Shown: one piece after another, positions 52,195-62,880 of the stretch
Layout of the letters: each line of letters starts with the position of its first letter
Position numbering within the stretch: position 1 is the stretch's first letter
NCBI GenBank assembly: GCA_003154195.1
Contig: PMCS01000029.1
Coordinates: 132,547 to 196,546 of the forward strand
Source: Candidatus Omnitrophota bacterium
GTDB taxonomy: Bacteria > Omnitrophota > Gorgyraeia > Duberdicusellales > 4484-171
DNA length: 64,000 nucleotides
Direction: 5' to 3'
Program-made: the position numbers and the translations under genes
Notes under the pieces: model-generated
Seen by the model: only the letters and a program-made list of their open reading frames with translations
Database searches by the model: none
What the model was told of the DNA's origin: nothing

Positions 52195-55100
52195 ATGCTG
52201 ACAAAATTTTCTCCTCCACACCGCGACTTGTTTTTTAAGAGCCTGATATTTTTTCTCGCCTTGGTTTTTTTCACGACCAGCCTGGGCGTCCAATACATCA
52301 TGCCCGGCGCTTACGCGTCCAATCTGATTTTACCCCGGCCCAATCAATTAATCAACACGACGCCTTCGTTCGATCTGCCGTTTTTGCGCGGCTTAAAGAT
52401 TTATCCCGACGAGCCGTTTAAATTCGATTTCATCCTCGATGAGGGCAACGCCGCTTATAACAACAAAGATTTAAAAACCCAATCGAATAGCCTGATTAAA
52501 TATTTTTTAGCCAGCCTTACTATTCCCGAATCCGATTTCTGGGTGAACCTTTCGCCTTACGAAGGCGACCGCATCGCGCCGGAAGAATTGAGCCGGACTG
52601 ATCTCGGCCAGGATTTGCTGGCGCAGGATTATCTCCTCAAACAATTGGTCGCTTCGCTTACCTATCCTGATTCGCCGCTGGGAAAACAATTCTGGTCCAA
52701 GGTATACCAGCGCGCCTACGAGCTGTTCGGAACGACTAAAATCCCGCTCAACACGTTTAATAAAATCTGGATTGTGCCGGATAAAGTCACGATTTACGAG
52801 GATGAGGGCAAAGCAATCATCGGCGACGCGAAATTAAAAGTGATGCTGGAAGAGGATTATCTTTCCTTGAAAGAAAATATTTCCAACCCCCAATTCAAGA
52901 CCGATACCATCGCTAACGATAAAGCCGAAGATATCAACTCGTTTTCTTCCCGGATTATGAAAGAAGTGGTGGTGCCGGTGATTGAAAACGAAGTCAATAC
53001 CGGCAAGAACTTCGCTCCGTTAAGGCAGGTCTATTACTCGCTGATTCTGGCTACCTGGTTTAAACTAAAATTGAAGCAGACGGTTGTGGCGCAGATTTAC
53101 GCCGATAAGAAAAAAACCAACAGCGTTAACAGCGACGACCCGGCAATGAAAGAAAAAATCTACCGCCGGTATTTAGAAGCATTCCAGAAAGGGATTTATA
53201 ACTACGTCAAGCGGGATTTGGATTTAGGCACCAAGCGCTATGTCCGGCGCCGCTATTTCAGCGGCGGAGCGGATATGAGAACGGCGACCGCGACGGTTTC
53301 TTCCGGTTTGGTACCATTCGCCAAGATTATTTCTTCGCCGGCGGCTACGGCGGCGTCTAATGGCCACCTGAGAAGTGTGGAGACGGAATTAAAGGCCGGC
53401 ACTATTGGCAATCCGATTGAGAATACGGCGCCTAAACCTCTTTCTCGAAAACCCAATAATATTTTGGAACGAAGCTTTGTGGTGTTGAAAAATCTGAGAT
53501 TCAGCCAGCTCGCCGGGGATAATCATAAAGTAAAACGTCTTTTTTCCCAGGTTCGGCTGGCCGGAAACATCTTAATCGATACGGAGCATAAATTATTTCC
53601 CCATCAGAATACGGCAGAGTTTAAAAATGCGGTGTTCAAAAATTTGCTCGACCAGAATTGGGCCGCGCTGCACAACCAAAGCCCGGGGCGGGCGCTTTTG
53701 GCTAACCCCCTCTTTGTCGCCGCAATGGCCTACTGTGCTTACACCCTCGACGATGCCGCCGGTAATAGAGAATACCAGAATAAACTTGACCGATACCTAT
53801 CGGTCTTAAACTTAGGTCCCCGCCAAATCGAAGCGATAAAAACAACCGCGCGTAATCAAGTAGTCAAAGCAGAGCAAGAACGAGTTAAAAAAACGATAGG
53901 GCAAGGGCGGCTTTCGCTGCCTGCTAAACCAGCAAATAGTAAGGGAGAAATGCGTGTCGCTGTTGGTTCGTCCGCCTTATCTAAAGCTCCCGTCTCCGCC
54001 TCGCCGCTGCCGTCCATAGTTGACTCCAAGCCGTCGCTATTTAAGCGGGTCGCCGATGCAATTGTCGCGGCTGCCCCTCCCAAGGTGACGGGCCGGGCGT
54101 GGGAAAGTTCCGGTACGGCTAATCTCGCTGTAGCGGTTGACGGCTATACAATCCAGGCCAGGGTTGACGTAGATAATAAAACCGGTGAACCTTTAGTCTC
54201 GGCCGGCCGGATACATGATATCGCCAAGGAAGTGCTTTATATGACCAGTACGGATTCCCAAGCCATTTCCGCCGGAGCCCTTCCCGCGACAATTACCATA
54301 AGAGTAGCACCAGTAAAAGACAGTATTTTCCCGGTTCAGCATACACCCGGGGTGATTACGATTAACCGGGCAATCGTAGAGCGGATTCGCAACCCCCGTT
54401 TGCGCGAAATATTTATCGAGGCCAGCATATTCCACGGTTTGTCCCGGGAATTAGGGGTAGATGCCCAAACCCTGGCGCGAACAGATGCCGCTTGTTTAAT
54501 AGGATTGGCCAAGTCCCAACACGAATCGAGCGAGGTTAATATTTCCCGGGCCGAGCTGGAAACGAATTTACGCCGCATCAGCCGGATTAATAAAAGCGCG
54601 GCGGCTGATGCGCTTTTATTCAGCGCGCTAAAAGGTTATCCCGTAAATACAATTGATATGGACCCAAAAATGGGGCCGGGAAGCATGGCCGATTATCAAA
54701 AGGCGCTAAGGGGACACGCCGCTAATTTTAGAAGCTTGCTGCGCACTGGACAGAGCGCAGATAAAAGCGCAAAAATTAATGAGGCTTTAAAAAGATTTGG
54801 GGAATTTTGCCGGCTGAAAGAATTATGGTCTCGTAACTCTTTTAGCCCTGAAGAGGCCACATTGGTAGAGGCGGTTGAACAAGAGCGTCAAAAAGCATGG
54901 AAAGCAATCGAGAAAGAGTTTAACGACCAGGGCTATCATGTTTATGGTAAATTTATGGATTCGGGGAGAAAAGAAGATAGGCTTTTTGTTCTTCAGCATA
55001 TCGAAGAAAGAAGGGCTTTGCCGGAAGACTTTGGCCGTCAGGAAGTCTGGTTTGTCCGGCAGGAAACTGAGTTGCCCGGAGGCCGGGTCCCCGGCGGCGC

Positions 55101-58100
55101 GGGGTTTACCGAATTATTTTCCGGCGACGGAAGTGCCATCAGGGTTGACCGCAGCAGCATTGAACGAACCGATGATCAGCTAATTGCGCCGTATCGTGAA
55201 ACGCGAGGAGCACATGTTTCCGAGGTTGATGACAGGTTAGGCGCTTTTGCCGTTTCCTATGGGCAATTAGCGCACGTTTACGCCCAGACCGGCCAGGTTC
55301 AGCGTTTACAAGACCAGGAAGAGGAAGTATTTTTTCGTGAAGCGCTGCAGTCTATTTTGGAACGCGGTATCGGTAAAGATAATCTAGACAAACTGCGAGG
55401 AAAAAACCTGAGGGATGGCGAGGATGATTTTAAACGGCTGCAGCGCCTGGGAGAAAAATTGGTACATTTAGCGACAATGGAAAAATCCGGCAATCCCCTT
55501 GCGGTTTTTTTGGCGGAGATACGCCGAGGTTTTGACCAGAGGATAATCATAGATGACAATGGGGAGATAGACCGCGTCCCCAGCGAAGCAATCCTGACCG
55601 CTTTGGCGCAACAAGCATCTGGGCAAGATAGCGTGGCCGGCACCGAAGCCGGCAAAACAATGTGTCGTGATTGGTTTTCTTTTTTGGCGGAATCGCAATC
55701 TTCGCAAGAAGAATATAATCATCGGCTGACTAGCCTTATCACACAAGAGCTTGGACAGGTACGCCAAGCCTTTATCGCGGAATGTAGTAAGCATGATTTT
55801 TCCTCGAGATGGGAAATCGTTTTTGACCAGTTTATGGCAACCCCCACGGCAAATTTGCTTAACGTTGCCTCATCCGCCTTAACTAAAGCTCCTGCCGTTG
55901 CCTCACCAGTGCGCGCGTGGTTAACTAAGCGGTCTGCTTCGGTCAGAGCGAAGCTTACTTCCTTTGGAGTCCGGCTCGGCGATACGCGGGATTCATTAAG
56001 CCGGCGGCTCGCTCCGTTCAGGCTCAGGCTCGGCGCCGCGCGGGATTCGGCGAGCCGGCGGATTACTTCGTTTCGAGCCCGGCTTGCTTCCCTGAGGACT
56101 TCCCTGAAAAGCGGGTTCGTCAGCGCGCGGGATTATGCAAGCAACCGGGTTACTTCCGCAAGCAACAAATTGACCGGTCTAACACTTAGAGCTTACATCG
56201 CGCAGGATTCAACGCGCCGGCAGATTAATGCGTTTGGAGAAAGGGTTGCTTCCCGGTCCCGGGCAAAGTTCGTTTCCCTTGGAAAAAGGCTTGCTTCCCG
56301 ATCTCGGGAAAAATTCACTTCTCTTAGGTTAAAGATTCAAGGTGAGCCTGCCGCGCAAGGTAATCCAAGACGACTTAAACAACTCCAAGCTTTAAGCATG
56401 TGGAGCCTGAATACAGCTGTACATGCTGCCGCCAAAAAAGCAGAATTTGACCCGGACGAACAATTACCCATTGCCATGGGGGTTTTTTTCATTGGGTGGG
56501 TTTTAACACATCCCGAGCAGGCTTTAAAAACGTTGTTCTCTAAAAGAATAGAGCCGGGCACCGCGCGGGATTCCGTGAGCGGACGGGTTGCTTCCATCAG
56601 GGAAACATTGGCTTCTCTAAAAGCTGGAATCGGATCATTGTTTAGTCTAATCCTTGTGGATATGGGGTCGGCCATTGTTGGCAATCCAACCAGAGCAGGG
56701 GTAAATAATGACGTAGGTGCACCAGTAGGCGAACTGAGCATGCTTGCCGCAGAGACTTCCAGCGAGGTTTCTTCCGCGGTGGTGGAGGCCAAAGGGTTAG
56801 AATCTACCCCGATATTTGGAACTAATAATGTCGCTGTCATCGCCTCGCCGGTTTTGGCTTCTTCCGCGGCCGGGGAAGTCAGGGAAATAGAAATTAAAAC
56901 TTTATTTTCTCCTAATACCAGTGATGGCACAGCCGCTTTATCATTAGAAAATATAGCTGATATGTGGAAGAGAGAGTCTCAGAGAGGTTTACCACTGAGA
57001 TTCCGTTTAAACGGGGCAAGCCTGATGGGAAATACCACGGAATTATTATTAACCCGCGCCAAGCAGGCGTCCCAGAGGAAAGAGTTACGGCCCTTGGTCA
57101 GGATTATTTTAAGAGTGGCAGCGCGGAAAGACCCACAATTATTATTATTCCGCGCTATTCAAGCGCATAATGAGAAGTCCGATCCTTTCGCAAGGCTGAT
57201 TCTGGAAGCGGTGGCGCAGGAAGACAAAGGATTATTGTTATCACGCGCTATTCAGGCTCATGACGAAAAAACCGATCCTTTAGCCAGGCTGATCTTGGAA
57301 GTGGCAGCGCAGAAGGACCCGCAATTATTGCTTACCCGCGCCAAAGACGCATCCCGGGATGGTTTTTTCCCTTTGGCGATACTTATTCTTGAGGTGTTAA
57401 AGGACAAAAACCAGGATGAACCAGATTATCCTTATCACGCGGCTTACGCGTATTGGCATCGAGACGCCCCAAGTGGTCGCATAGAAAAAATAGATTTTCT
57501 CCAAAACGCGCAGAAAAATTTCAGAATCGCCGGGAGACTTTACAGGAAACTTTATGAGAGTGAGAGGTCAGGTAAGAATGAGCACAAGGTTCAATTGGGT
57601 CATTGCGCGGGAGAATTTAAAAATATACAAAAAGATATAGACAGAATTAAAAGCCAGTTGATGGAAAGTGAGTCTGAAGAATCTGAACAATGGGTGATGA
57701 TGAAAGATGCTTACGAAGATTTAATTTGGACGGAGAATATCAGTAAGGAACATACGCCGGGTAGAGTTGTTAGTGAAGCAATGGTGGGCCAGCTTCAAGA
57801 TCTTTTGGCAGCGTTGGATCGTTCGACATTACAACCAGTTATTATCGCGTTCGCGGCAACCTTTAATTTATTACCCGAAAATGCTAGTGATGGTACCCAA
57901 ATGTTTGACGAAAAACATATAAAAGCCATAGAAGATTCAATCGCAGACCCTAAGTCGAGTTGGGAAACGCTTAGTAGAAAATACCAAGTGGGTGGTTTAT
58001 CTACGAGGCATAATGGCGTCGCCGAAGAAGCTTTTGAAAGAATAAAAGAAACGATTGTTAAGGCTAGAAAATCCGCTTTGAGTATAGAATCCGGGGCATT

Positions 58101-59619
58101 GCAAGATGATGGCGAAGCCCTTTTAAGCGGCAGCTTCGGCAGAGATAATGGGGCTGGCAGCCTGGATTCCGCGATTGACGATTTGTTTGGTTCCGGCGGA
58201 ATTTTTGGCGGCGATGAAGCAATAACTCCCGCGCAGGAACCCGATTCCCTTGTTGTCCTTCCTCTTGCCGACGGCCAAACATCTTCGAACGCGGCGAATC
58301 ACCGGGAAATAATGCTGACGTGGGAGAAACAACGCAGGCAAGCCTCCGCTTCGCCGGCTTTGGCCTCGTCCACCGCCTTGCCGGTAGAAAGTATTGTCGA
58401 TTCTTTAAAGCGTATATTCGTGAATGGACACGCCGCGATACACGGGGAAAATATAGGCCAATCGTTGGCCTCTGCTTTCAGGGCTTCTCTCGACGCCGCC
58501 ACATTTAATAGCTTTGTACCAATGGCGGTGGCGTGGGGTACGTCTTTTATTGCCTCCTTGGTATCAGTAAGACAACAACGCAGATTTGATTCTTGGGTAT
58601 CTGAAATAGAACGAAGCAGAGAAGCGGTAAGCAATGTCCCCGATGTTGGGCATGAGTTAAGCCTGGATGATATCACAATTATCGGCGGTCATTCTACTTC
58701 TGAAAGCACCAGTGTGGAACAAGGCGTCGCCGCCTCGCCGGCGCCGGTAATGCATTTATTTGAAAATTCTTCAATAAAAGTCGAATTGGAAATATCCGCC
58801 GGGAATGTTGATGTATTGCAAGGACTTGCCGAGGCTGTTTCTATCGGATATAAGGAGGCATTATTTAGAGAAAACGGCGGCTTGATTGTCGGCCGCCTTG
58901 AAGGCAATGTGTATACTGTTACCGGGTTAATTCCTCTTGTCCGTTCGATAAGGACCGACGCTTCTATCACGTTCGATAAAGAAGAGATTAGAGAAAGGAT
59001 CGAAGGCTTGCTCCCGAATGTAATGGTATTGGGGTTGTACCATAACCATGGTTATCATCGTTCTTTTTCTGCTAACTATAAGCCTGGCCCCAGCCAAGAC
59101 GATGCCATTATCGATGATTTGAACATTGAAGAATTAAAACATCGGATTGTTGCTAATCGATTAGGTTTAATCGTGGAAGCAGCCCCGCAGTTATCATTCG
59201 AGGCTTTAGTGGCAAGCGAAGGTGAGCCAGTGAAGCCGTCGATGAGCGATGTAGGAGTATACGGTTATATTACTCCTAATCGTGGTGAAGATGGCAAGAT
59301 AAGACAACCAATTAATGAAAATGGCGTACCCATCGATGCAATAAACCGATTTTTCGCGGATAATAGAAAAAAGCCGGGAACCGTTTCTTCTCCCTCGGGT
59401 ATTAAAACCCCCGGCGGTATCGATTTGGGCGGGGATAAGATGAAAATGCAGATAATCGACCAAAGACCAAAGACCGTAGACCAAAGACAAGAAATACAGG
59501 GGGCGGCGAGCGCCATGGCGATAAAAGGATTGCCGTTTGATATCAACAAATTCGAGGGGTTTACTTTTAATATCATCAAGATCGAGAAGGTGAAAAGTCT
59601 GGCGGCGATGCTTAAGTGA
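52195..59619 (+). CDS. giant (2474 aa) secreted/surface repeat-containing protein, function unknown
   Basis: Uninterrupted 7.4-kb ORF; N-terminal signal peptide/TM; Arg/Ser amphipathic ~19-aa repeats (aa ~1250-1390); three ~38-aa LLLxRAIQAHxEKxDPxARLILE repeats (aa ~1620-1730); higher GC than surroundings; only short antisense ORFs inside. Confidence 0.7.
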   Translation: MLTKFSPPHRDLFFKSLIFFLALVFFTTSLGVQYIMPGAYASNLILPRPNQLINTTPSFDLPFLRGLKIYPDEPFKFDFILDEGNAAYNNKDLKTQSNSLIKYFLASLTIPESDFWVNLSPYEGDRIAPEELSRTDLGQDLLAQDYLLKQLVASLTYPDSPLGKQFWSKVYQRAYELFGTTKIPLNTFNKIWIVPDKVTIYEDEGKAIIGDAKLKVMLEEDYLSLKENISNPQFKTDTIANDKAEDINSFSSRIMKEVVVPVIENEVNTGKNFAPLRQVYYSLILATWFKLKLKQTVVAQIYADKKKTNSVNSDDPAMKEKIYRRYLEAFQKGIYNYVKRDLDLGTKRYVRRRYFSGGADMRTATATVSSGLVPFAKIISSPAATAASNGHLRSVETELKAGTIGNPIENTAPKPLSRKPNNILERSFVVLKNLRFSQLAGDNHKVKRLFSQVRLAGNILIDTEHKLFPHQNTAEFKNAVFKNLLDQNWAALHNQSPGRALLANPLFVAAMAYCAYTLDDAAGNREYQNKLDRYLSVLNLGPRQIEAIKTTARNQVVKAEQERVKKTIGQGRLSLPAKPANSKGEMRVAVGSSALSKAPVSASPLPSIVDSKPSLFKRVADAIVAAAPPKVTGRAWESSGTANLAVAVDGYTIQARVDVDNKTGEPLVSAGRIHDIAKEVLYMTSTDSQAISAGALPATITIRVAPVKDSIFPVQHTPGVITINRAIVERIRNPRLREIFIEASIFHGLSRELGVDAQTLARTDAACLIGLAKSQHESSEVNISRAELETNLRRISRINKSAAADALLFSALKGYPVNTIDMDPKMGPGSMADYQKALRGHAANFRSLLRTGQSADKSAKINEALKRFGEFCRLKELWSRNSFSPEEATLVEAVEQERQKAWKAIEKEFNDQGYHVYGKFMDSGRKEDRLFVLQHIEERRALPEDFGRQEVWFVRQETELPGGRVPGGAGFTELFSGDGSAIRVDRSSIERTDDQLIAPYRETRGAHVSEVDDRLGAFAVSYGQLAHVYAQTGQVQRLQDQEEEVFFREALQSILERGIGKDNLDKLRGKNLRDGEDDFKRLQRLGEKLVHLATMEKSGNPLAVFLAEIRRGFDQRIIIDDNGEIDRVPSEAILTALAQQASGQDSVAGTEAGKTMCRDWFSFLAESQSSQEEYNHRLTSLITQELGQVRQAFIAECSKHDFSSRWEIVFDQFMATPTANLLNVASSALTKAPAVASPVRAWLTKRSASVRAKLTSFGVRLGDTRDSLSRRLAPFRLRLGAARDSASRRITSFRARLASLRTSLKSGFVSARDYASNRVTSASNKLTGLTLRAYIAQDSTRRQINAFGERVASRSRAKFVSLGKRLASRSREKFTSLRLKIQGEPAAQGNPRRLKQLQALSMWSLNTAVHAAAKKAEFDPDEQLPIAMGVFFIGWVLTHPEQALKTLFSKRIEPGTARDSVSGRVASIRETLASLKAGIGSLFSLILVDMGSAIVGNPTRAGVNNDVGAPVGELSMLAAETSSEVSSAVVEAKGLESTPIFGTNNVAVIASPVLASSAAGEVREIEIKTLFSPNTSDGTAALSLENIADMWKRESQRGLPLRFRLNGASLMGNTTELLLTRAKQASQRKELRPLVRIILRVAARKDPQLLLFRAIQAHNEKSDPFARLILEAVAQEDKGLLLSRAIQAHDEKTDPLARLILEVAAQKDPQLLLTRAKDASRDGFFPLAILILEVLKDKNQDEPDYPYHAAYAYWHRDAPSGRIEKIDFLQNAQKNFRIAGRLYRKLYESERSGKNEHKVQLGHCAGEFKNIQKDIDRIKSQLMESESEESEQWVMMKDAYEDLIWTENISKEHTPGRVVSEAMVGQLQDLLAALDRSTLQPVIIAFAATFNLLPENASDGTQMFDEKHIKAIEDSIADPKSSWETLSRKYQVGGLSTRHNGVAEEAFERIKETIVKARKSALSIESGALQDDGEALLSGSFGRDNGAGSLDSAIDDLFGSGGIFGGDEAITPAQEPDSLVVLPLADGQTSSNAANHREIMLTWEKQRRQASASPALASSTALPVESIVDSLKRIFVNGHAAIHGENIGQSLASAFRASLDAATFNSFVPMAVAWGTSFIASLVSVRQQRRFDSWVSEIERSREAVSNVPDVGHELSLDDITIIGGHSTSESTSVEQGVAASPAPVMHLFENSSIKVELEISAGNVDVLQGLAEAVSIGYKEALFRENGGLIVGRLEGNVYTVTGLIPLVRSIRTDASITFDKEEIRERIEGLLPNVMVLGLYHNHGYHRSFSANYKPGPSQDDAIIDDLNIEELKHRIVANRLGLIVEAAPQLSFEALVASEGEPVKPSMSDVGVYGYITPNRGEDGKIRQPINENGVPIDAINRFFADNRKKPGTVSSPSGIKTPGGIDLGGDKMKMQIIDQRPKTVDQRQEIQGAASAMAIKGLPFDINKFEGFTFNIIKIEKVKSLAAMLK

Positions 59620-59793
59620 GAGTAGAAAGAAGACCGTAGGACGTGGGACGTTCGCGGCAGTAGCCGCTGGGACGTAGGACGAAAAAGACCAATCGTTTTT
59701 CTTGTTTTTTCCAGACTTCTAAACTTTCTGGAACATTCCTTCCCCCATAATTTCCTTGTTTTTCGCCTAACTTATGGTAAATTAATTATTCCT

Positions 59794-60789
59794 ATGATTA
59801 AAGAAATTGCTACGCCAAAATTAAAAAATCCCGTATGCATCGCCGCCTGGCCGGGGATGGGTGAAGTCGCCTACCGTGCCGCGATTTTTTTAAAAGAAGT
59901 CATGGGGTTTAAAATGTTCGCCAAGCTGGAAGCGGCGGAGTTTTTTAAACCCGCGGCGGTGTTTGTGGAAAAGGGCATTGTCAGCCTGCCTTCGATGCCG
60001 GCGGGATTCTTCTATTACCTCAAGGGAAAACATTTTCCCGATATCATCCTGTTTATCGGCGAAGCCCAGCCGCCCCTGGAATACGCCGAAGACCTCTCTT
60101 ATTCTCTGGTAAATTTCCTGAAAAAATATAAGACCAAATTTATCTTTACCTTTGCTGCCAAGCCGGAGTCGATCGACCATAAGGGTGATTCTTTGGTCTG
60201 GATGGCGGGGACGCATCCGGAAGTCCTCAAAGACTTCGAAAAATTTCATTTAAAGATTTTAAGCGAAGGCCAGATCAGCGGCCTTAACGGGATTATTCTG
60301 GGCGCCGCTAAAAGTAAAGGCATCAAGGGGACCTGCCTTTTGGGCGAGATACCTTTTTACACGGTACAGATAGAAAACCCCAAGGCTACCCACAGTATTC
60401 TTAAGATTATGAACGAGTATCTCCAGCTTAATCTGAATCTCGCGCCCTTGCAGGAAAGAGTAAAATTTATCGAACAGGAAATCGATAAACTGATCGATTA
60501 TTTAAAAGGAGAGGGCGATGGCGCCCAGCATCCTTCTGTCCCCAGCAGCGGCCCGTTGCCGTTAAGCGAAGACGATATCGAAAAAATCAAAAAAGACTTG
60601 GCCGGTTACAGCAAATTACCCCAGTCGGCGCGGGAAACCATTGAGGTGCTGTTTAAGGACGCGCAGAAAGATATCGCCAAAGCCAACCAATTAAAAGGAG
60701 AGCTTGACCGCTGGAACGCCTACAAGGAATACGAAGACCGCTTCCTCGATTTATTCAAGAAGAAAGACAAGCGCGACGAGACCCATTAA
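59794..60789 (+). CDS. PAC2-family (proteasome-assembly-chaperone-like) protein
   Basis: NPVCIAAWPGMGEVA N-terminal signature; family 2 repeat begins right after its stop. Confidence 0.55.
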   Translation: MIKEIATPKLKNPVCIAAWPGMGEVAYRAAIFLKEVMGFKMFAKLEAAEFFKPAAVFVEKGIVSLPSMPAGFFYYLKGKHFPDIILFIGEAQPPLEYAEDLSYSLVNFLKKYKTKFIFTFAAKPESIDHKGDSLVWMAGTHPEVLKDFEKFHLKILSEGQISGLNGIILGAAKSKGIKGTCLLGEIPFYTVQIENPKATHSILKIMNEYLQLNLNLAPLQERVKFIEQEIDKLIDYLKGEGDGAQHPSVPSSGPLPLSEDDIEKIKKDLAGYSKLPQSARETIEVLFKDAQKDIAKANQLKGELDRWNAYKEYEDRFLDLFKKKDKRDETH

Positions 60790-60931
60790 TGAGACTTAGA
60801 TTTTCTCAAGCGCGAAGAGCGCAGAGAAAATCTGTAGTCGAATTAACCCCGTGGAGTGCGATGAAAATATGCGAAGCAGATTTTCGTCGCGGGTAACGAA
60901 GCGGGGCAGTAAATTTGATTATTGGGTGCCC

Positions 60932-61603
60932 ATGCCTTCCCGGAAATATTTAACCGTCACCCAGATACGCAAACTTGAAGAAAAAGCGAAATGCCTCGGT
61001 TTAAGCGAACGTCTGCTTATCGAAAACGCTTCCAGTAACCTTGCCCAGATCATCGATTCCCTGAATTTAGGAAAAAATTTTTTAGCCGTTGCCGGGAAGG
61101 GGAATAACGGCGCCGATACCCTCGCTTGCGCCCGAAAATTGGCCGCTAAGGGATATGCCGCGTGCGCGGTAATCCTCGCCCATGATTCTGTAGCCTTGAG
61201 TGAAGAAGTTATTTTCCAGAAGAATATTTTAGAAAGAATCGCGCCGGTCGATTTAGTGAACGAAAGCAATTTGGCGCGATTATCCCAGGCGTTAAAGACG
61301 AGCGATTTTTTAATTGACGGCATCTTCGGCATCGGATTAAGCGGGCCAATCTCTTCCTTTTTCCTCAGCGCGATCGATTTAATCAACCGGAGCAAAAAAC
61401 CCGTTGTCGCCTGCGATATCCCCTCCGGGTTGCATCCGGATACGGGGGAAATCCTCGGCGGGGCAATAAAAGCCAAATATACCATAACATTTATCGCCCC
61501 TAAGCGGGCATTTTTTTTACCCCCGGCAAAAAAATTCTGTGGTAAAATATTGATGGCGGATATAGGGATACCTTTGTTGAAAATACGCCAAAGAAACCGG
61601 TAA
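60932..61603 (+). CDS. NAD(P)H-hydrate epimerase (YjeF N-terminal domain)
   Basis: AVAGKGNNGADTLACAR...DGIFGIGL motifs; overlapping minus-strand 259-aa ORF judged spurious. Confidence 0.7.
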   Translation: MPSRKYLTVTQIRKLEEKAKCLGLSERLLIENASSNLAQIIDSLNLGKNFLAVAGKGNNGADTLACARKLAAKGYAACAVILAHDSVALSEEVIFQKNILERIAPVDLVNESNLARLSQALKTSDFLIDGIFGIGLSGPISSFFLSAIDLINRSKKPVVACDIPSGLHPDTGEILGGAIKAKYTITFIAPKRAFFLPPAKKFCGKILMADIGIPLLKIRQRNR

Positions 61604-61731
61604 TAATCGGTTAGGGCTAAGGCCAGGAAGCCGGTTTGGGCTAAGGCAACGGTTAAGGCTGGTACGAATTTACAGCCATAACCTTTACCATAACCCATAC
61701 AGGCATCGTTACCCTAACCCAGTTTTAAATT
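61603..61731. repeat. family 1 (GGTTAAGG-type) repeat ending at an ATG
   Basis: ...GGCATCGTTACCCTAACCCAGTTTTAAATTATG; the same terminal 30 nt precede the ATG at 62881. Confidence 0.75.
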
Positions 61732-61902
61732 ATGACCAAACTCGAATTGATCATCGCTTGGGTTGCCGGCACGATTATGGCGGTAGGGTGGTTTTTATTT
61801 TACTATCCGATGTCTAGTGCCGGATATATTTTTAAATACGTGACGCCCTCCGCCATATTTTTTGCTTTAGGGTTTGTTACGTTAACCAGAAAATTTAAGT
61901 AA
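61732..61902 (+). CDS. 56-aa two-TM small membrane protein (hypothetical)
   Basis: Not in ORF track; ATG supplied at the end of the family 1 repeat. Confidence 0.35.
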   Translation: MTKLELIIAWVAGTIMAVGWFLFYYPMSSAGYIFKYVTPSAIFFALGFVTLTRKFK

Positions 61903-62100
61903 TAAGTATCAGGCCCCTTCGCGTTGCTCAGGGCAATGAAACTCGGCTCGCCGAATACGGCGGGGCTTAGTTTCATTGATTCGACCATCGCTTCGTCCGG
62001 CGCCCGCTTCGACTCGCGTCGAGCGAGGCGAGCGCTTTGCGCTTGATAATTCAACTAAGCCCGGGGCACCGGGCAAGTTTCATTACAGTGAAGTTTCATT

Positions 62101-62745
62101 ATGCGGATAAGTTTTTTCGGCCACTCATCATTTTTTATCGAGCAGGAAGGGGGCATAAGAATTATCACCGACCCCTATGAGCCGGGATGCTACAACGGAA
62201 CTCTGCAGTATGCCCCCATTGACGAATCTGCCGATATCGTCACCATTTCCCACGGCCATGCCGACCATAATTTCGCTTCCGGTTTTCCCGGCGCGAAAAT
62301 CCTGGATAAAGAAGGAAGTTATAATATTCTCAATATCGATATCGAAGGGATTCTTTCCTACCACGACCGCGCCGAAGGGAAATTCCGGGGGAGAAATGTC
62401 ATCTTTGTGATAAAAAGTGAGGGGTTAAAAGTCGCTCACTTCGGCGATTTGGGGACTACCAATATTAACTATGAAAAATTAAAAGATATTGACGTGGCGA
62501 TGATGCCGGTGGGAGGCCATAGTACCGTCAGTACGGCGGAAGTTAATTCTCTTTACGAAAAATTAAACCCGCGGATTTTTCTCCCCATGCACTACAAGAC
62601 CGGTAAGCTCGATTTTGACATCGCCACCGAAGAAGAGTTTTTAAGCGGCAAGACCGATATCGAGGTTCTCAACGACATTGAAATAACTTGCGCGACTATC
62701 AAAAGTTTCCACAAAAAAATAATTATGTTGAATTACCAGCGTTAG
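62101..62745 (+). CDS. MBL-fold metallo-hydrolase
   Basis: ISHGHADH zinc-binding motif. Confidence 0.75.
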   Translation: MRISFFGHSSFFIEQEGGIRIITDPYEPGCYNGTLQYAPIDESADIVTISHGHADHNFASGFPGAKILDKEGSYNILNIDIEGILSYHDRAEGKFRGRNVIFVIKSEGLKVAHFGDLGTTNINYEKLKDIDVAMMPVGGHSTVSTAEVNSLYEKLNPRIFLPMHYKTGKLDFDIATEEEFLSGKTDIEVLNDIEITCATIKSFHKKIIMLNYQR

Positions 62746-62746
62746 A

Positions 62747-62880
62747 TACTGGGTAAAGGCTAGGGTTACGAAGCCGGTTTGGGCTAAGGCAACGGTTAAG
62801 GCTGGTATAAATTTACAGCCCTAACCTTAACCCTGGCCAATATCGGCTTCCTAACCCTTGCCCTAACCTAGTTTTAAATT
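62747..62880. repeat. family 1 (GGTTAAGG-type) repeat ending at an ATG
   Basis: Near-identical to 61603-61731. Confidence 0.75.

Noticed and set aside
56337-56930. 197-aa minus-strand ORF inside the giant gene (and other antisense ORFs at 55299-55794, 58299-58676)
   Set aside because: All are embedded antisense in the continuous 7.4-kb forward frame. The elevated GC there produces long shadow ORFs.
60919-61698. 259-aa minus-strand ORF overlapping the YjeF-N gene
   Set aside because: Forward frame carries clear YjeF-N motifs. The reverse frame has no recognisable features.
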